Below are positions 49,063 through 57,999 of a stretch of DNA of 64,000 nucleotides, in pieces (position 1 is the stretch's first letter; every line of letters starts with the position of its first letter). The notes under the pieces were generated by a model. It did not search any database, was not told the DNA's origin, and saw only the letters and a list, made by a program, of their open reading frames with translations. The position numbers were made by a program, and so were the translations under genes. The DNA comes from an uncultured Candidatus Saccharibacteria bacterium (GTDB lineage: Bacteria > Patescibacteriota > Minisyncoccia > Phycocordibacterales > CAYSCM01): contig CAYSCM010000001.1 in assembly GCA_964429815.1 (NCBI GenBank), forward strand, positions 64,001 to 128,000. Direction: 5' to 3'.

Positions 49063-49632
49063 ATGCTCGAATACAACGACATAACGCCGCGCAGGTTTAT
49101 CATCCTCGACGGGGAGCCCTACGAGGTGCTCTCCTCGCACGTCTTCCGCAAGCAACAGCGCAAACCCGTGAATCAGACCAAGCTTCAGGGACTCGTCTCC
49201 GGCCGTGTCGTCGAGAAAAGCTTTCATCAGGCTGAAAAAGCCGAGGAAGCCGAGATCGGCACGCGCGAGATCAAGTATATTTTCAACAAACGCGGCGAAT
49301 ATTGGTTTTCCGACCCATCCGACCCCTCACAGCGCTTTTCCCTGCCGGAGACGACAGTCGGCGAAAAGGCGCACTTCCTTAAGGGAAATACCATCGTCGA
49401 AGCGCTCGTCTTTGATGAGAAAATCGTCGGGGTACACCTTCCCATTAAGGTGGAACTCGAAGTAACCGAGGCGCCGCCAAACATAAAAGGAAATACCGCG
49501 ACTGGCGGCTACAAAGTCGTGACCCTTGAAACGGGGGCCACCATGGACGTCCCTATGTTCATAAACGCCGGCGATGTCATTCGCATCAACACGGAGACTG
49601 GCGCCTATGTCGAGCGAGTCAACAAGGGCTAA
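49063..49632 (+). CDS. efp: elongation factor P
   Basis: Start MLEYNDITPRRFIILDGEPYEV.... Three-domain EF-P, about 189 aa. The upstream ORF-track extension (48913-49062) overlaps the divergent sigma gene and is spurious. Confidence 0.85.
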   Translation: MLEYNDITPRRFIILDGEPYEVLSSHVFRKQQRKPVNQTKLQGLVSGRVVEKSFHQAEKAEEAEIGTREIKYIFNKRGEYWFSDPSDPSQRFSLPETTVGEKAHFLKGNTIVEALVFDEKIVGVHLPIKVELEVTEAPPNIKGNTATGGYKVVTLETGATMDVPMFINAGDVIRINTETGAYVERVNKG

Positions 49633-49635
49633 CAA

Positions 49636-49665
49636 AAAAACCGGGATATATCCCGGTTTTTTTGT
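49636..49665. terminator. bidirectional intrinsic terminator (A7-CCGGGAUAUAUCCCGG-U7) between convergent efp and rpsR
   Basis: Perfect palindrome with flanking A/T tracts. Confidence 0.7.
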
Positions 49666-49673
49666 TGAAGTCT

Positions 49674-49868
49674 CTAACGCGCGACGAATGGGAGGAGCCC
49701 CATAATGCGGGCGCGCTTCACCGCGGTCGCGAGCTTGCGCTGATTCTTCACGCTCATGCCGGTACGGCGGCGGGAAAGTATGCGTCCATGAGGGTTAAGA
49801 AACTTCTTGAGAAGCTCGGTGTCTTTGTAATCGATGTGTTTGAGTTCTTGGGTTTCGTTTTTCTTCAT
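49674..49868 (-). CDS. rpsR: 30S ribosomal protein S18
   Basis: 64 aa. [49 protein letters not shown]. Confidence 0.95.
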   Translation of the reverse strand: MKKNETQELKHIDYKDTELLKKFLNPHGRILSRRRTGMSVKNQRKLATAVKRARIMGLLPFVAR

Positions 49869-49877
49869 GGATTCGCA

Positions 49878-50327
49878 TTAAAACGGGATATCGTCGGGAT
49901 TTATTTCTTCCGCCGGGTACTCGATGGCGTCGGCTTCCTTCTCTTTTCCCTTCCCTTTAGCAGGGGTCCCCTCTGAGGCCACGGTACCGGCGCCCCCTCC
50001 CGCGCTGCGTGGGCCGAATTGGATCCGGTCGGCCACTATCTCGGTGCGGTATTTCTTTTGACCTTCACTCTCCCAAGAGCGGGTTTGGAGGCGGCCTTCG
50101 ATGAGGACTGAGCTTCCCTTCTTGAGGTACTGTGCCGCGGTCTCCGCCTGACGGCCGAAGACTACCACGTTGTGAAATTCAGTCGACTCCTGCTTTTGTC
50201 CTTCCTTGTCGCGCCACACGCGATTGGTCGCGACCGAAAAGCTCGCGACCTGAACGCCGGAGGGAAGCGAGCGCAACTCCGGGTCGCGGGTGAGATTGCC
50301 TATAATGAATGCCTTATTGAGATACAT
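49878..50327 (-). CDS. ssb: single-stranded DNA-binding protein
   Basis: 149 aa. OB fold (MYLNKAFIIGNLTRDPELR...), Gly-rich tail, and acidic C-terminal DDIPF. Confidence 0.95.
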   Translation of the reverse strand: MYLNKAFIIGNLTRDPELRSLPSGVQVASFSVATNRVWRDKEGQKQESTEFHNVVVFGRQAETAAQYLKKGSSVLIEGRLQTRSWESEGQKKYRTEIVADRIQFGPRSAGGGAGTVASEGTPAKGKGKEKEADAIEYPAEEINPDDIPF

Positions 50328-50810
50328 TTAAATTTTTTCGCCGACGAGCTCTTCGATCTTCTTATCAAGTTCCGCCTCGGAGACCGGAACTTGTGCCTCC
50401 TCTTTGACGAGCTTGCGAAGTGTCGTGGTCGGTGTGACTTCTCGGACGCCAGCGACCATGCGCCTTGGGGCCATAGTCGATTCACGCACCGTAGTGATGA
50501 GAAGGTGGCGGAGAATATTCGAGTTTCCCCCAGCATCAGCTTTAAGTTCCGCCGCCATGAGAGGTGCCATCTCGAATTTCACCCATCCGAAATGCGTCGT
50601 GTTGAATTTGACAAGCTTTCCCGCGTTCTCCTTGGACATCGTGTACGAGAGATCAATCATTTTAGGAGCCTCCTCGGCGAGAATGACGCCGCCACGCCTT
50701 TCTATCTGTGACTTGAGCGAAGAAACCTCATGGGCAATATCCCCTTCCGAGAGGGTCGGAAGGAGGTGGTAGCCGAGTTCGTAGACTTTGGCGTCCGTCT
50801 CTTTTTCCAT
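50328..50810 (-). CDS. rpsF: 30S ribosomal protein S6
   Basis: Start MEKETDAKVYELGYHLLP.... Located in the S6-SSB-S18 cluster. Confidence 0.85.
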   Translation of the reverse strand: MEKETDAKVYELGYHLLPTLSEGDIAHEVSSLKSQIERRGGVILAEEAPKMIDLSYTMSKENAGKLVKFNTTHFGWVKFEMAPLMAAELKADAGGNSNILRHLLITTVRESTMAPRRMVAGVREVTPTTTLRKLVKEEAQVPVSEAELDKKIEELVGEKI

Positions 50811-50856
50811 GTGGGTAGAGACTACCACGACCTCAGGAGGCGCGCAATTGAGCCCT

Positions 50857-51639
50857 CTAGAAGCCGAAAACCCTCGCCACGTTTTCGCGCAAGGTCGTGG
50901 AAACGCTTTGAAGCGGCTCCCCGCGAAGTTCTGCGATTTTTTTTACGGTCTCGACGACGAAGCTCGGTTCGTTGCGTTTCCCGCGGTGCGGCAACGGTGC
51001 GGCAAAGGGAGCGTCAGTTTCAGCCATTATCATGGAAAGCGGAACTTCTCGTATCGCAGCGTCATAGTCGCGCGCGAACGTGATGACGCCCGGGAACGAT
51101 ACGGTAAAACCGAGCTCGTTGTATCGTTTGGCGATCACCGCGGAACTTGTGAAGAAATGGATGTTGCCGCGAAGGCCGTCTCCCGCTTCCTTTTTGTACT
51201 CACCGAGGAGACAGAGCATTTCCTCATGCGCGCTGCGACAGTGGACCATGAGCGGCTTATCGTGTTTGAGGGCAAAATCGATTTGTCTTCGCAGCTCTCT
51301 CTCCTGCCGCGCGCGCTCTTGTTCATCGACTCCGTCCCTCCGATAGAAATCGAGGCCGCACTCCCCTATCGCCACCACCTTACTCTCCGAGACGAGGACT
51401 CCAAACTCTGTTGGGTCGAATCCCTCCGTCGCGTTGTCCGCGGGATGTAACCCGACCGCGGCCCACACCCCCGGCGAGAGCTTCGCGAGCTCAACGGCAC
51501 GACGCGAACTCTCGAGGTCGACACCGACGGTTATGGTCGAAACATCCGCATCCCGCATACGGGAGAGAACCTTCTCACGGTCACGCTCAAACTCCTTGAA
51601 GGAGACGTGCGAGTGTATGTCGACAAAGCGCGTACTCAT
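50857..51639 (-). CDS. tatD: TatD-family metal-dependent DNase/hydrolase
   Basis: 260 aa. VDIHSHV, GECGLDFYR, and HCRSAHEE motifs. 4-nt overlap with metG. Confidence 0.9.
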   Translation of the reverse strand: MSTRFVDIHSHVSFKEFERDREKVLSRMRDADVSTITVGVDLESSRRAVELAKLSPGVWAAVGLHPADNATEGFDPTEFGVLVSESKVVAIGECGLDFYRRDGVDEQERARQERELRRQIDFALKHDKPLMVHCRSAHEEMLCLLGEYKKEAGDGLRGNIHFFTSSAVIAKRYNELGFTVSFPGVITFARDYDAAIREVPLSMIMAETDAPFAAPLPHRGKRNEPSFVVETVKKIAELRGEPLQSVSTTLRENVARVFGF

Positions 51640-53072
51640 TCTTTTCGTACAAAAAGTGCCCCGGGATTTCTACCTTCGAGGAGCGCATCCTCGACGGTCT
51701 TCGCGATTTTCGGCAGAAACGGTCGCAGCAAGACCGCGATTTCCCCCAGTTCTTCGAGAAGGTAGCGTAGGTGTTCTCGCGCTTTTTCCGGCTCGGTTTT
51801 GATGAGCTTGAACGGCCCAGTATCTTGAATATAGGCGTCAAGCTCACCGATTCGTCCGAAAAGACGGTCGAGCACCCGATTAACCTCAAGCTGCTCGAGA
51901 TGCTCACGATAGTCGTTCTCGACGGAGAGGATCTCCTCGCCTGAGGGGAGCCGGGAAAGTTTTACGCCGAGCGTTGCAGCCATCGTGAGCGTGCGCGACA
52001 CCAAATTTCCCAGCCCGTTTGCCAGGTTGGCGTTGTACGCTTCTTTAAACCCCTCTCGTGTAATATCGCCATCTTCAAAGGGAGATACGTGGCGCAGGAG
52101 GTAATAACGAACCGCTTCCGCGCCATACTCGGAGATAAGCTCCTGCGGGTCGATGACGTTACCGAGCGTTTTGCTCATCTTCTTGCCGCCCGACGTGATA
52201 AAACCGTGCACGAGGATGCGCTTTGGGAGTAAAAGCCCCGCAGAGAGGAGCATCGCGGGCCAGATGGCCGCGTGGAAACGCAGAATATCCTTGCCGATGA
52301 CGTGAAGGTCTGCTGGCCACCATGTCGCGAATGTCTTCTCATCGCGCCCGTAGCCGATCGCGGTTATGTAGTTGGAAAGCGCATCGCACCACACGTACAT
52401 ACGCTGAGAGGCATCGCCGGGCACGGGAATACCGATGGAGACTTTGGAGCTTGGGCGCGAAAAACTTACGTCAGAAAGTCCCTTCGAGAGAAGAGCAAGT
52501 ATCTCCCCCCGACGAGAGGCGGGTATTATTTCGAGCTCGTTGGATTCAATAAGGTCTTTAATGCGGCCGCTATAGCGAGAGAGCCTGAAAAAATAGTTTT
52601 CTTCTGAAAGTCTCTCCGGAGCCGTGCCATGGTCGGGACATTTGCCGTCGACGAGATCCTTTTCCGTGATGAACGCCTCGTGTCCCACGCAGTAGAGGCC
52701 TTCGTAGGAAGCTCGGTAGATATCTCCCGCTTCGAGGAGCTTTCTCCAGAGCGCTTGCGCCCCGGGGTAATGGATATTCTCGTCGCTCGTGCGAATGAAC
52801 TGGTCATACGAGCTCTCGAGAGAGGAAAACAGGGACATAAAGTTCCCGACGATGCCATCAAGAAACGGCTTCACCTCCTGCCCCGCTTCTCTGGCGGCGC
52901 GTACCACTTTTTCAGTGTTTTCATCAGAGCCAGTGAGGAGATAGGTCTCATCCCCCATGAGCCGGTGATAGCGCGCGAGTGCATCTGCAAGCACCGTCGT
53001 GTATGCGTGCCCGAGATGAAGCTTTGCGTTGGGATAGAAGATCGGCGTTGTTATGTAGAATTTCTTCGCCAT
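51636..53072 (-). CDS. metG: methionine--tRNA ligase (minimal form without C-terminal tRNA-binding domain)
   Basis: 478 aa. HLGHAYT (HIGH-type) and KMSKTLGN motifs. Confidence 0.9.
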   Translation of the reverse strand: MAKKFYITTPIFYPNAKLHLGHAYTTVLADALARYHRLMGDETYLLTGSDENTEKVVRAAREAGQEVKPFLDGIVGNFMSLFSSLESSYDQFIRTSDENIHYPGAQALWRKLLEAGDIYRASYEGLYCVGHEAFITEKDLVDGKCPDHGTAPERLSEENYFFRLSRYSGRIKDLIESNELEIIPASRRGEILALLSKGLSDVSFSRPSSKVSIGIPVPGDASQRMYVWCDALSNYITAIGYGRDEKTFATWWPADLHVIGKDILRFHAAIWPAMLLSAGLLLPKRILVHGFITSGGKKMSKTLGNVIDPQELISEYGAEAVRYYLLRHVSPFEDGDITREGFKEAYNANLANGLGNLVSRTLTMAATLGVKLSRLPSGEEILSVENDYREHLEQLEVNRVLDRLFGRIGELDAYIQDTGPFKLIKTEPEKAREHLRYLLEELGEIAVLLRPFLPKIAKTVEDALLEGRNPGALFVRKE

Positions 53073-53118
53073 GACAAAAGACTATGGGCTTTTACGCGCC
53101 GATGCAACCTGCTTTCGA

Positions 53119-54195
53119 TCAGGCCCGGTACGGTTGGTGGTGATGGAGCTTGTCGAGCTCGACGTCTTTTTTCTTCTGTATGTCGCTCACGAATTCCTGA
53201 AGGGCCGCCGCGATGGGAACGGAGAGGAGCACCCCGAGGAACCCGGCGAGCTCTCCGCCGATGAGGAGCGCGAGGATTACCAGAAGCGGCGGGACCCCGA
53301 CGACCTTGCGCACGACGAGCGGATAGATGAGATGGCTCTCGAACTGCTGCACGATGAGGTAGAGACCCGCGGTGAGAAGAGCATGTGTGACTCCGCCGGA
53401 GACTCCCGCTATCGCGATGCCCGGGATGGCGCCAATGATGGGGCCGAAGATCGGAATGAGCTCGCAGATCGCCGAAATGACTGCCAGCGCGAGCGCATAC
53501 TTCACATCAAGAATGGTGAGGCCAAGGTAGACGAATACCGCGACGATGAGAGCGAGGATTATCTGCCCTTGCATCCAGCGGCCGATCTTGCGCTGGGAGC
53601 GACGCCAGAGATCTATGACGTAGTCCTGGTGCTCGACCGGCGTCACGACCCGCAGGAAATCATCGATGCCAGTCTCTTGGACCGCGAAGTAGAACGAAAA
53701 GACGATGATGAGGATGAACGAGAAGACGCCGCCGAAAAAGCCGGATACGGTGCGTATGAAGCCACCGGAGAGATTAGACAGCGAATCCTGCACGTTCTTG
53801 ATGATGTCAGGAAGCGATAGAGACTGGGCAACCGCATGCGATTGAGCTATGGCCTGCGAGGGCAAAACTGAGGAAAGATCGAAGGTATCTATGAGGTGCG
53901 GCACGAAACTGAGGAAATTGAGAAAGTCGCCGAGGACCGCCGGAACGAAGAGATAGAAAACACCGAAGATGATGGCCAGGACGATGAGGTAGACGAGGAG
54001 TACTGAGAAAACCCGAGGGATTTTGTAGCGCATGAACCAGTGCGCCGCCGGTTCTATCGACGAAGCAAGAACGATGGAGGTTAGAACGATGAGGACGAGG
54101 TTTCTCAGATAAAAGAGCGCGGCAATAAGGAGCAGGAGGAGAATGGTTCGCAGGACGGTCCCAAACGATATAGAGACGGAGATGTGCTTTTCCAT
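53119..54195 (-). CDS. AI-2E family transporter (PerM/UPF0118)
   Basis: Start MEKHISVSIS... with a GGAGGA SD. 7-8 TM helices. C-terminal GVLLSVPIAAALQ pattern. Confidence 0.75.
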   Translation of the reverse strand: MEKHISVSISFGTVLRTILLLLLIAALFYLRNLVLIVLTSIVLASSIEPAAHWFMRYKIPRVFSVLLVYLIVLAIIFGVFYLFVPAVLGDFLNFLSFVPHLIDTFDLSSVLPSQAIAQSHAVAQSLSLPDIIKNVQDSLSNLSGGFIRTVSGFFGGVFSFILIIVFSFYFAVQETGIDDFLRVVTPVEHQDYVIDLWRRSQRKIGRWMQGQIILALIVAVFVYLGLTILDVKYALALAVISAICELIPIFGPIIGAIPGIAIAGVSGGVTHALLTAGLYLIVQQFESHLIYPLVVRKVVGVPPLLVILALLIGGELAGFLGVLLSVPIAAALQEFVSDIQKKKDVELDKLHHHQPYRA

Positions 54196-54217
54196 TCCTC
54201 CTATAGTACCACTTCCG

Positions 54218-55516
54218 CTAACGCGGCAGCGTTTTCCCGAGCGAATCCGTGGAAGTGCGGGTCTGGGCGCCCGAGTCACGCTCTCGCACCGTGACGGTAC
54301 CGTCTTCAAGCGTCTGAAAGTCCACGGTGACACAGGAGGGGGTCCCTATTTCGTCCTGTCGGCGGTAGCGCTTCCCAATGTTGCCATTATCATCCCAGAG
54401 AATTTGCGGAATGTCTTTCTTGAGCGTATCGAAAATTTCGCGTGCGCGTCGGACAAGCTCCGGCTTATTTTTGAGAAGTGGAAAGACCGCAGCTTTTACC
54501 GGCGCAACGGAAGGTTTGAGCGCCAGGTAGACGCGCTTCTCCCCTCCGAGCTCGTCCTCGCGATAGGCACTGGAGAGAACCGCAAGCACCGTGCGACCGA
54601 GCCCGAAGGTGGGCTCGATGACGTGAGGCATAAAGCGTTCTTTCGTTTCTTCGTCGAGGAAGGTGAGGTCGACGCCGCTTTCGGCTTGGTGGTTTTTTAG
54701 GTCGTAGTCGGTTCGGTACGCAAGCCCGTAGAGTTCTTTACGGCCAAAAGGAAAATCGAACTCAAAGTCGATGGTGCGCTTGCTGTAGTGTGCGCGATCC
54801 CCGGGCGCGACCTCGAGCTCATGGACCTTCCCCGTGTCAATGCCGACTCCCTCCATCCACGACCACATTTCCGTGCGCCAGTATTCAAAGTGCTTCTCCC
54901 ACTCGCTCTCGCGTATAAAATACTCGAATTCCATTAGGTCGAACTCACGAACACGGAACAAAAAGTCGCGCGGCGCTATTTCGTTGCGAAACGCTCTTCC
55001 GGCCTGCGCAATACCAAAGGGGAGCTTCGGGTGGAACGAGTCTATGACGTTCTTGAAATTGACGAACATGCCCTGCGCTATCTCGCCGCGCAGGTAGCCG
55101 CGGCCCCCCGTTCCTGCTGCTCCCATATCGACCGGAAAGAGGAGGTTAAACATCTTGCTCTCCTCGAGCGAGCCGTCGCACTCCGGACATTTTTTAGGAT
55201 CTGCGAGTTGGTCGGCACGGAAGCGACGTTTACACTTCTTGCACTCGACCATCGGGTCGGCAAAACCCGCGAGGTGTCCGCTCGCCTTCCACACAGCCTC
55301 AGGCATGATGACACTGCTGTCGAGGCCATACATGTCCTGTCGACCCTCGACGAAGCGGCGCCACCAGAGATTCTCGATATTTTTCTTAAGCGCGACGCCA
55401 AGCGGCCCGTAGTCCCAGGTTCCGGAGAGCCCGCCGTAGATTTCTGAACCTTGATAAACAAAACCGCGGCGTTTGCTGAGAGATACTATCTTCTCCAAGA
55501 GGTCGTGGTCGGCCAT
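54218..55516 (-). CDS. glyQS: glycine--tRNA ligase (class II, homodimeric/archaeal-eukaryal type) with Cys4 zinc-ribbon insertion
   Basis: Start MADHDLLEKIVSL.... Motif 1/2/3 pattern (FRNEIAPRDFLFRVREFDLMEFEYF), CKKCKRRF...CPECDG zinc ribbon, C-terminal anticodon-binding domain. Confidence 0.85.
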   Translation of the reverse strand: MADHDLLEKIVSLSKRRGFVYQGSEIYGGLSGTWDYGPLGVALKKNIENLWWRRFVEGRQDMYGLDSSVIMPEAVWKASGHLAGFADPMVECKKCKRRFRADQLADPKKCPECDGSLEESKMFNLLFPVDMGAAGTGGRGYLRGEIAQGMFVNFKNVIDSFHPKLPFGIAQAGRAFRNEIAPRDFLFRVREFDLMEFEYFIRESEWEKHFEYWRTEMWSWMEGVGIDTGKVHELEVAPGDRAHYSKRTIDFEFDFPFGRKELYGLAYRTDYDLKNHQAESGVDLTFLDEETKERFMPHVIEPTFGLGRTVLAVLSSAYREDELGGEKRVYLALKPSVAPVKAAVFPLLKNKPELVRRAREIFDTLKKDIPQILWDDNGNIGKRYRRQDEIGTPSCVTVDFQTLEDGTVTVRERDSGAQTRTSTDSLGKTLPR

Positions 55517-55520
55517 AGTC

Positions 55521-57386
55521 TTATGGTTGTACCACTCCTGCCGCTCCCGAACCACCTGCGCCTTGCGTTGTGAGGGCGGAAGCGGTTGCCGAGACGTTCG
55601 AGCCCGTGAAGCGGTCGACACCCGAGAGAGACTGCTCCCCTACCAGGGTCGGCATCGAGCCGACCTGACTGCTACTTGGCGTGAAGGAGATATCGAACAC
55701 CGCCTGCTGCAGTGCGCTACCCGCGGCGAGATTATCGATCTGCCATGTCACCATACCTCCTACCTGACTGTAGGAAACGGCACTACTGCCGCTGCCGACG
55801 TACGCAACGTACGAAGGAAGAGCGGCGGTGACACGCGCATCCCCGACCTGGTTTGCGGAATTTTTCGCGATGAGCGTTACGCGATAGCGGCTTTCCGTGT
55901 TCGCTTTGGGTAAAGCAGGACCGGAGAGCATCGAGATGGATGAGGTAAGCGAGAGATCTGAGGATATTTTGACCATGCGGGTGAGCGAAGCCTCGACGCT
56001 CTCCGGGACATTTTGCTCCGAGAGCCGGCTCCCCTGTGCGGAGACCGAAAGCTTTATCTGCGGATTACGTAGCCCCCCGGAGAGAACGACGGGGGAGAAA
56101 CTGAACGAGAAGTGCCCTGATTGGCCAGGCGCGATAGAGACAAGCTCCGCGCTCGTGTCGCGGTTCCAGAGGATGGTATTGTCCGAGCTTCGATAAAAGC
56201 CCTCCTCCGAGATGATGCTCCCCGGATTGAGCCCGGCACCGGAGAACGAGAGCGCTATTTGCCCGTCGGTAATGGGCACAGTGAGGTTGTTGTTCCAAGT
56301 GAGGTCGCCGCGGATCATCGCTCCCGGGGTGGCGACGTAAGGATCGCTCGAAGCGCCATTGAGTGCGAGGTCTATCGATATGAACGGCTTCTTGACCGTG
56401 ACCGATTGGGAAACATCCGTGAAAGCCGCTTTCAACGAGCGCTCATCGGTATCGCTCTGAAGCCCCGCCTGGAAACGGAACAGGCGCTCTTCGCTATCCT
56501 GCCCCTGGAGAACACCAGTGAGTGTCACGCTTTTTTTATCCCCAGGCGTCAGCGTCCCAAGGTTCCATACCGTGCTGCCGTAGGTCGCCCGTGGAGAGGC
56601 GGAGGTGAATGTGAAGCCGAAGGGGTAGGTGGCGTTGAGGAGGACGTTCTGAAGTGGCGTCTGTGAGTTGCTCGTCACATCAACCGTGAAAGAGAGAGCT
56701 TGGCCCGAGACCGTTTCCGTCGGGGCTTTGACCGTAATGGAGAGCGGTGAGGACGAGAGGAGAACAGGATATACCACGTCCTTGTAGAAGATGGCGTTGC
56801 TTCCCTCGACACGATACTCGACCGTGATCTTAATGTCTTTCTCTGAGCGCTCCTGTCCGAAGAGGACGGCATGAATGGTCTTTTGAGCGCTCCCTCCCGG
56901 AGCGATATCCCCTATCGAGAGCCGGTCGCGCGAGAGTTCGACCCCGATATTCCCTGAGGTACGCGTACCGTCCGGGTACTCGACGATGAGGTCCGCGAGC
57001 TGGATGGGTGTCGCGTTGGCGTTCCTCACGCTCACCTGGAGGGTGAGCTCATCGCCGCCGGAAATTGTGGTGGGTCCGGCAATATCGATGGCCAAGTTTT
57101 GGGCCGAGACTACGTTACCGCCGCGCAGATAGAAGAACGCACCGAAGGCGACCGCGAGAGCGAAGAACGCCACCGATAGGATGAGGACGGTAGCGGGACG
57201 GAAATAACGTGAACGCTCCGCACGGGAAATGACGTCGGCGACCGGGGCCGAGAGGTCCGTGTGGCTCCACGTGCGCGGCGTAGACTCGTCATGTTGGTAG
57301 AGCACTCGCCGCTCACGGGTGAGCTGCGGCTCCTCACGCGAGTAGAGCTTCTTCTTGAGCTTATCGATGCTTCCCTCGGGCTCCAT
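55521..57386 (-). CDS. large signal-anchored surface protein with beta-sandwich repeats (hypothetical)
   Basis: 621 aa. ~70-aa cytoplasmic N-terminus, one TM (ATVLILSVAFFALAVAFGAFFYL), then a Ser/Thr/Val-rich beta-rich ectodomain. Confidence 0.5.
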   Translation of the reverse strand: MEPEGSIDKLKKKLYSREEPQLTRERRVLYQHDESTPRTWSHTDLSAPVADVISRAERSRYFRPATVLILSVAFFALAVAFGAFFYLRGGNVVSAQNLAIDIAGPTTISGGDELTLQVSVRNANATPIQLADLIVEYPDGTRTSGNIGVELSRDRLSIGDIAPGGSAQKTIHAVLFGQERSEKDIKITVEYRVEGSNAIFYKDVVYPVLLSSSPLSITVKAPTETVSGQALSFTVDVTSNSQTPLQNVLLNATYPFGFTFTSASPRATYGSTVWNLGTLTPGDKKSVTLTGVLQGQDSEERLFRFQAGLQSDTDERSLKAAFTDVSQSVTVKKPFISIDLALNGASSDPYVATPGAMIRGDLTWNNNLTVPITDGQIALSFSGAGLNPGSIISEEGFYRSSDNTILWNRDTSAELVSIAPGQSGHFSFSFSPVVLSGGLRNPQIKLSVSAQGSRLSEQNVPESVEASLTRMVKISSDLSLTSSISMLSGPALPKANTESRYRVTLIAKNSANQVGDARVTAALPSYVAYVGSGSSAVSYSQVGGMVTWQIDNLAAGSALQQAVFDISFTPSSSQVGSMPTLVGEQSLSGVDRFTGSNVSATASALTTQGAGGSGAAGVVQP

Positions 57387-57407
57387 TTCAAACAGTATAT
57401 CGCGATT

Positions 57408-57998
57408 TCAAAGCTGCGTTTGGGCAAGGACTTCGTTGACGAGCTTCACCGCAGCAGGACGATCAGGGATGAACTCCCGACAAAGCCCTCGCTCGAGTAC
57501 GCCTGTGAGATAGCGCTGCCACTGCGGTTTCGGAAGACGATAGCCAAGCTCGGAGAACACGCGTAGTACGAGGATGCTCTCAAAGGCTTTGAGCTCCTCC
57601 AGCTCAAGGGGAAGGTCTGGAAGAAGGGTGAATGCGTCGACGATAGTGTCGAAAAGGGGCGTATTTTGTTCCTCGCCAGCGACGAGACGACCAAGAAGGC
57701 GCATCACGCTAGCGACGAGACGCATTTTGTCAGGAAAGTCCTTGAGGCTTCGGTAGAGGCTCAGCTCGGCGGACGCGCCCCGAACTCTCCAGACGCCGCG
57801 CCCGCGCACGAGCGTTACATCAATGAGCGAGAACGGTTCGAGTGCAAAGCGCAGCTTCGAGCGTGCCTCGCGCACGCTCGCGCCGACGGCACGTAGGAGA
57901 CCGCACTCACGAGTGAAAAGCTCTACGAGGCGATCTGATTCGCGCAGCGGATGCGCACGCAGGACGAGCGCGCGTGTTTGGATCGCAAGGACGGCCAT
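57408..57998 (-). CDS. recO: DNA repair protein RecO
   Basis: 196 aa. N-terminal OB-fold signature ALVLRAHPLRESDRLVELFTRECG and C-terminal helical domain. Classic position in the ileS neighbourhood. Confidence 0.7.
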   Translation of the reverse strand: MAVLAIQTRALVLRAHPLRESDRLVELFTRECGLLRAVGASVREARSKLRFALEPFSLIDVTLVRGRGVWRVRGASAELSLYRSLKDFPDKMRLVASVMRLLGRLVAGEEQNTPLFDTIVDAFTLLPDLPLELEELKAFESILVLRVFSELGYRLPKPQWQRYLTGVLERGLCREFIPDRPAAVKLVNEVLAQTQL

Positions 57999-57999
57999 A

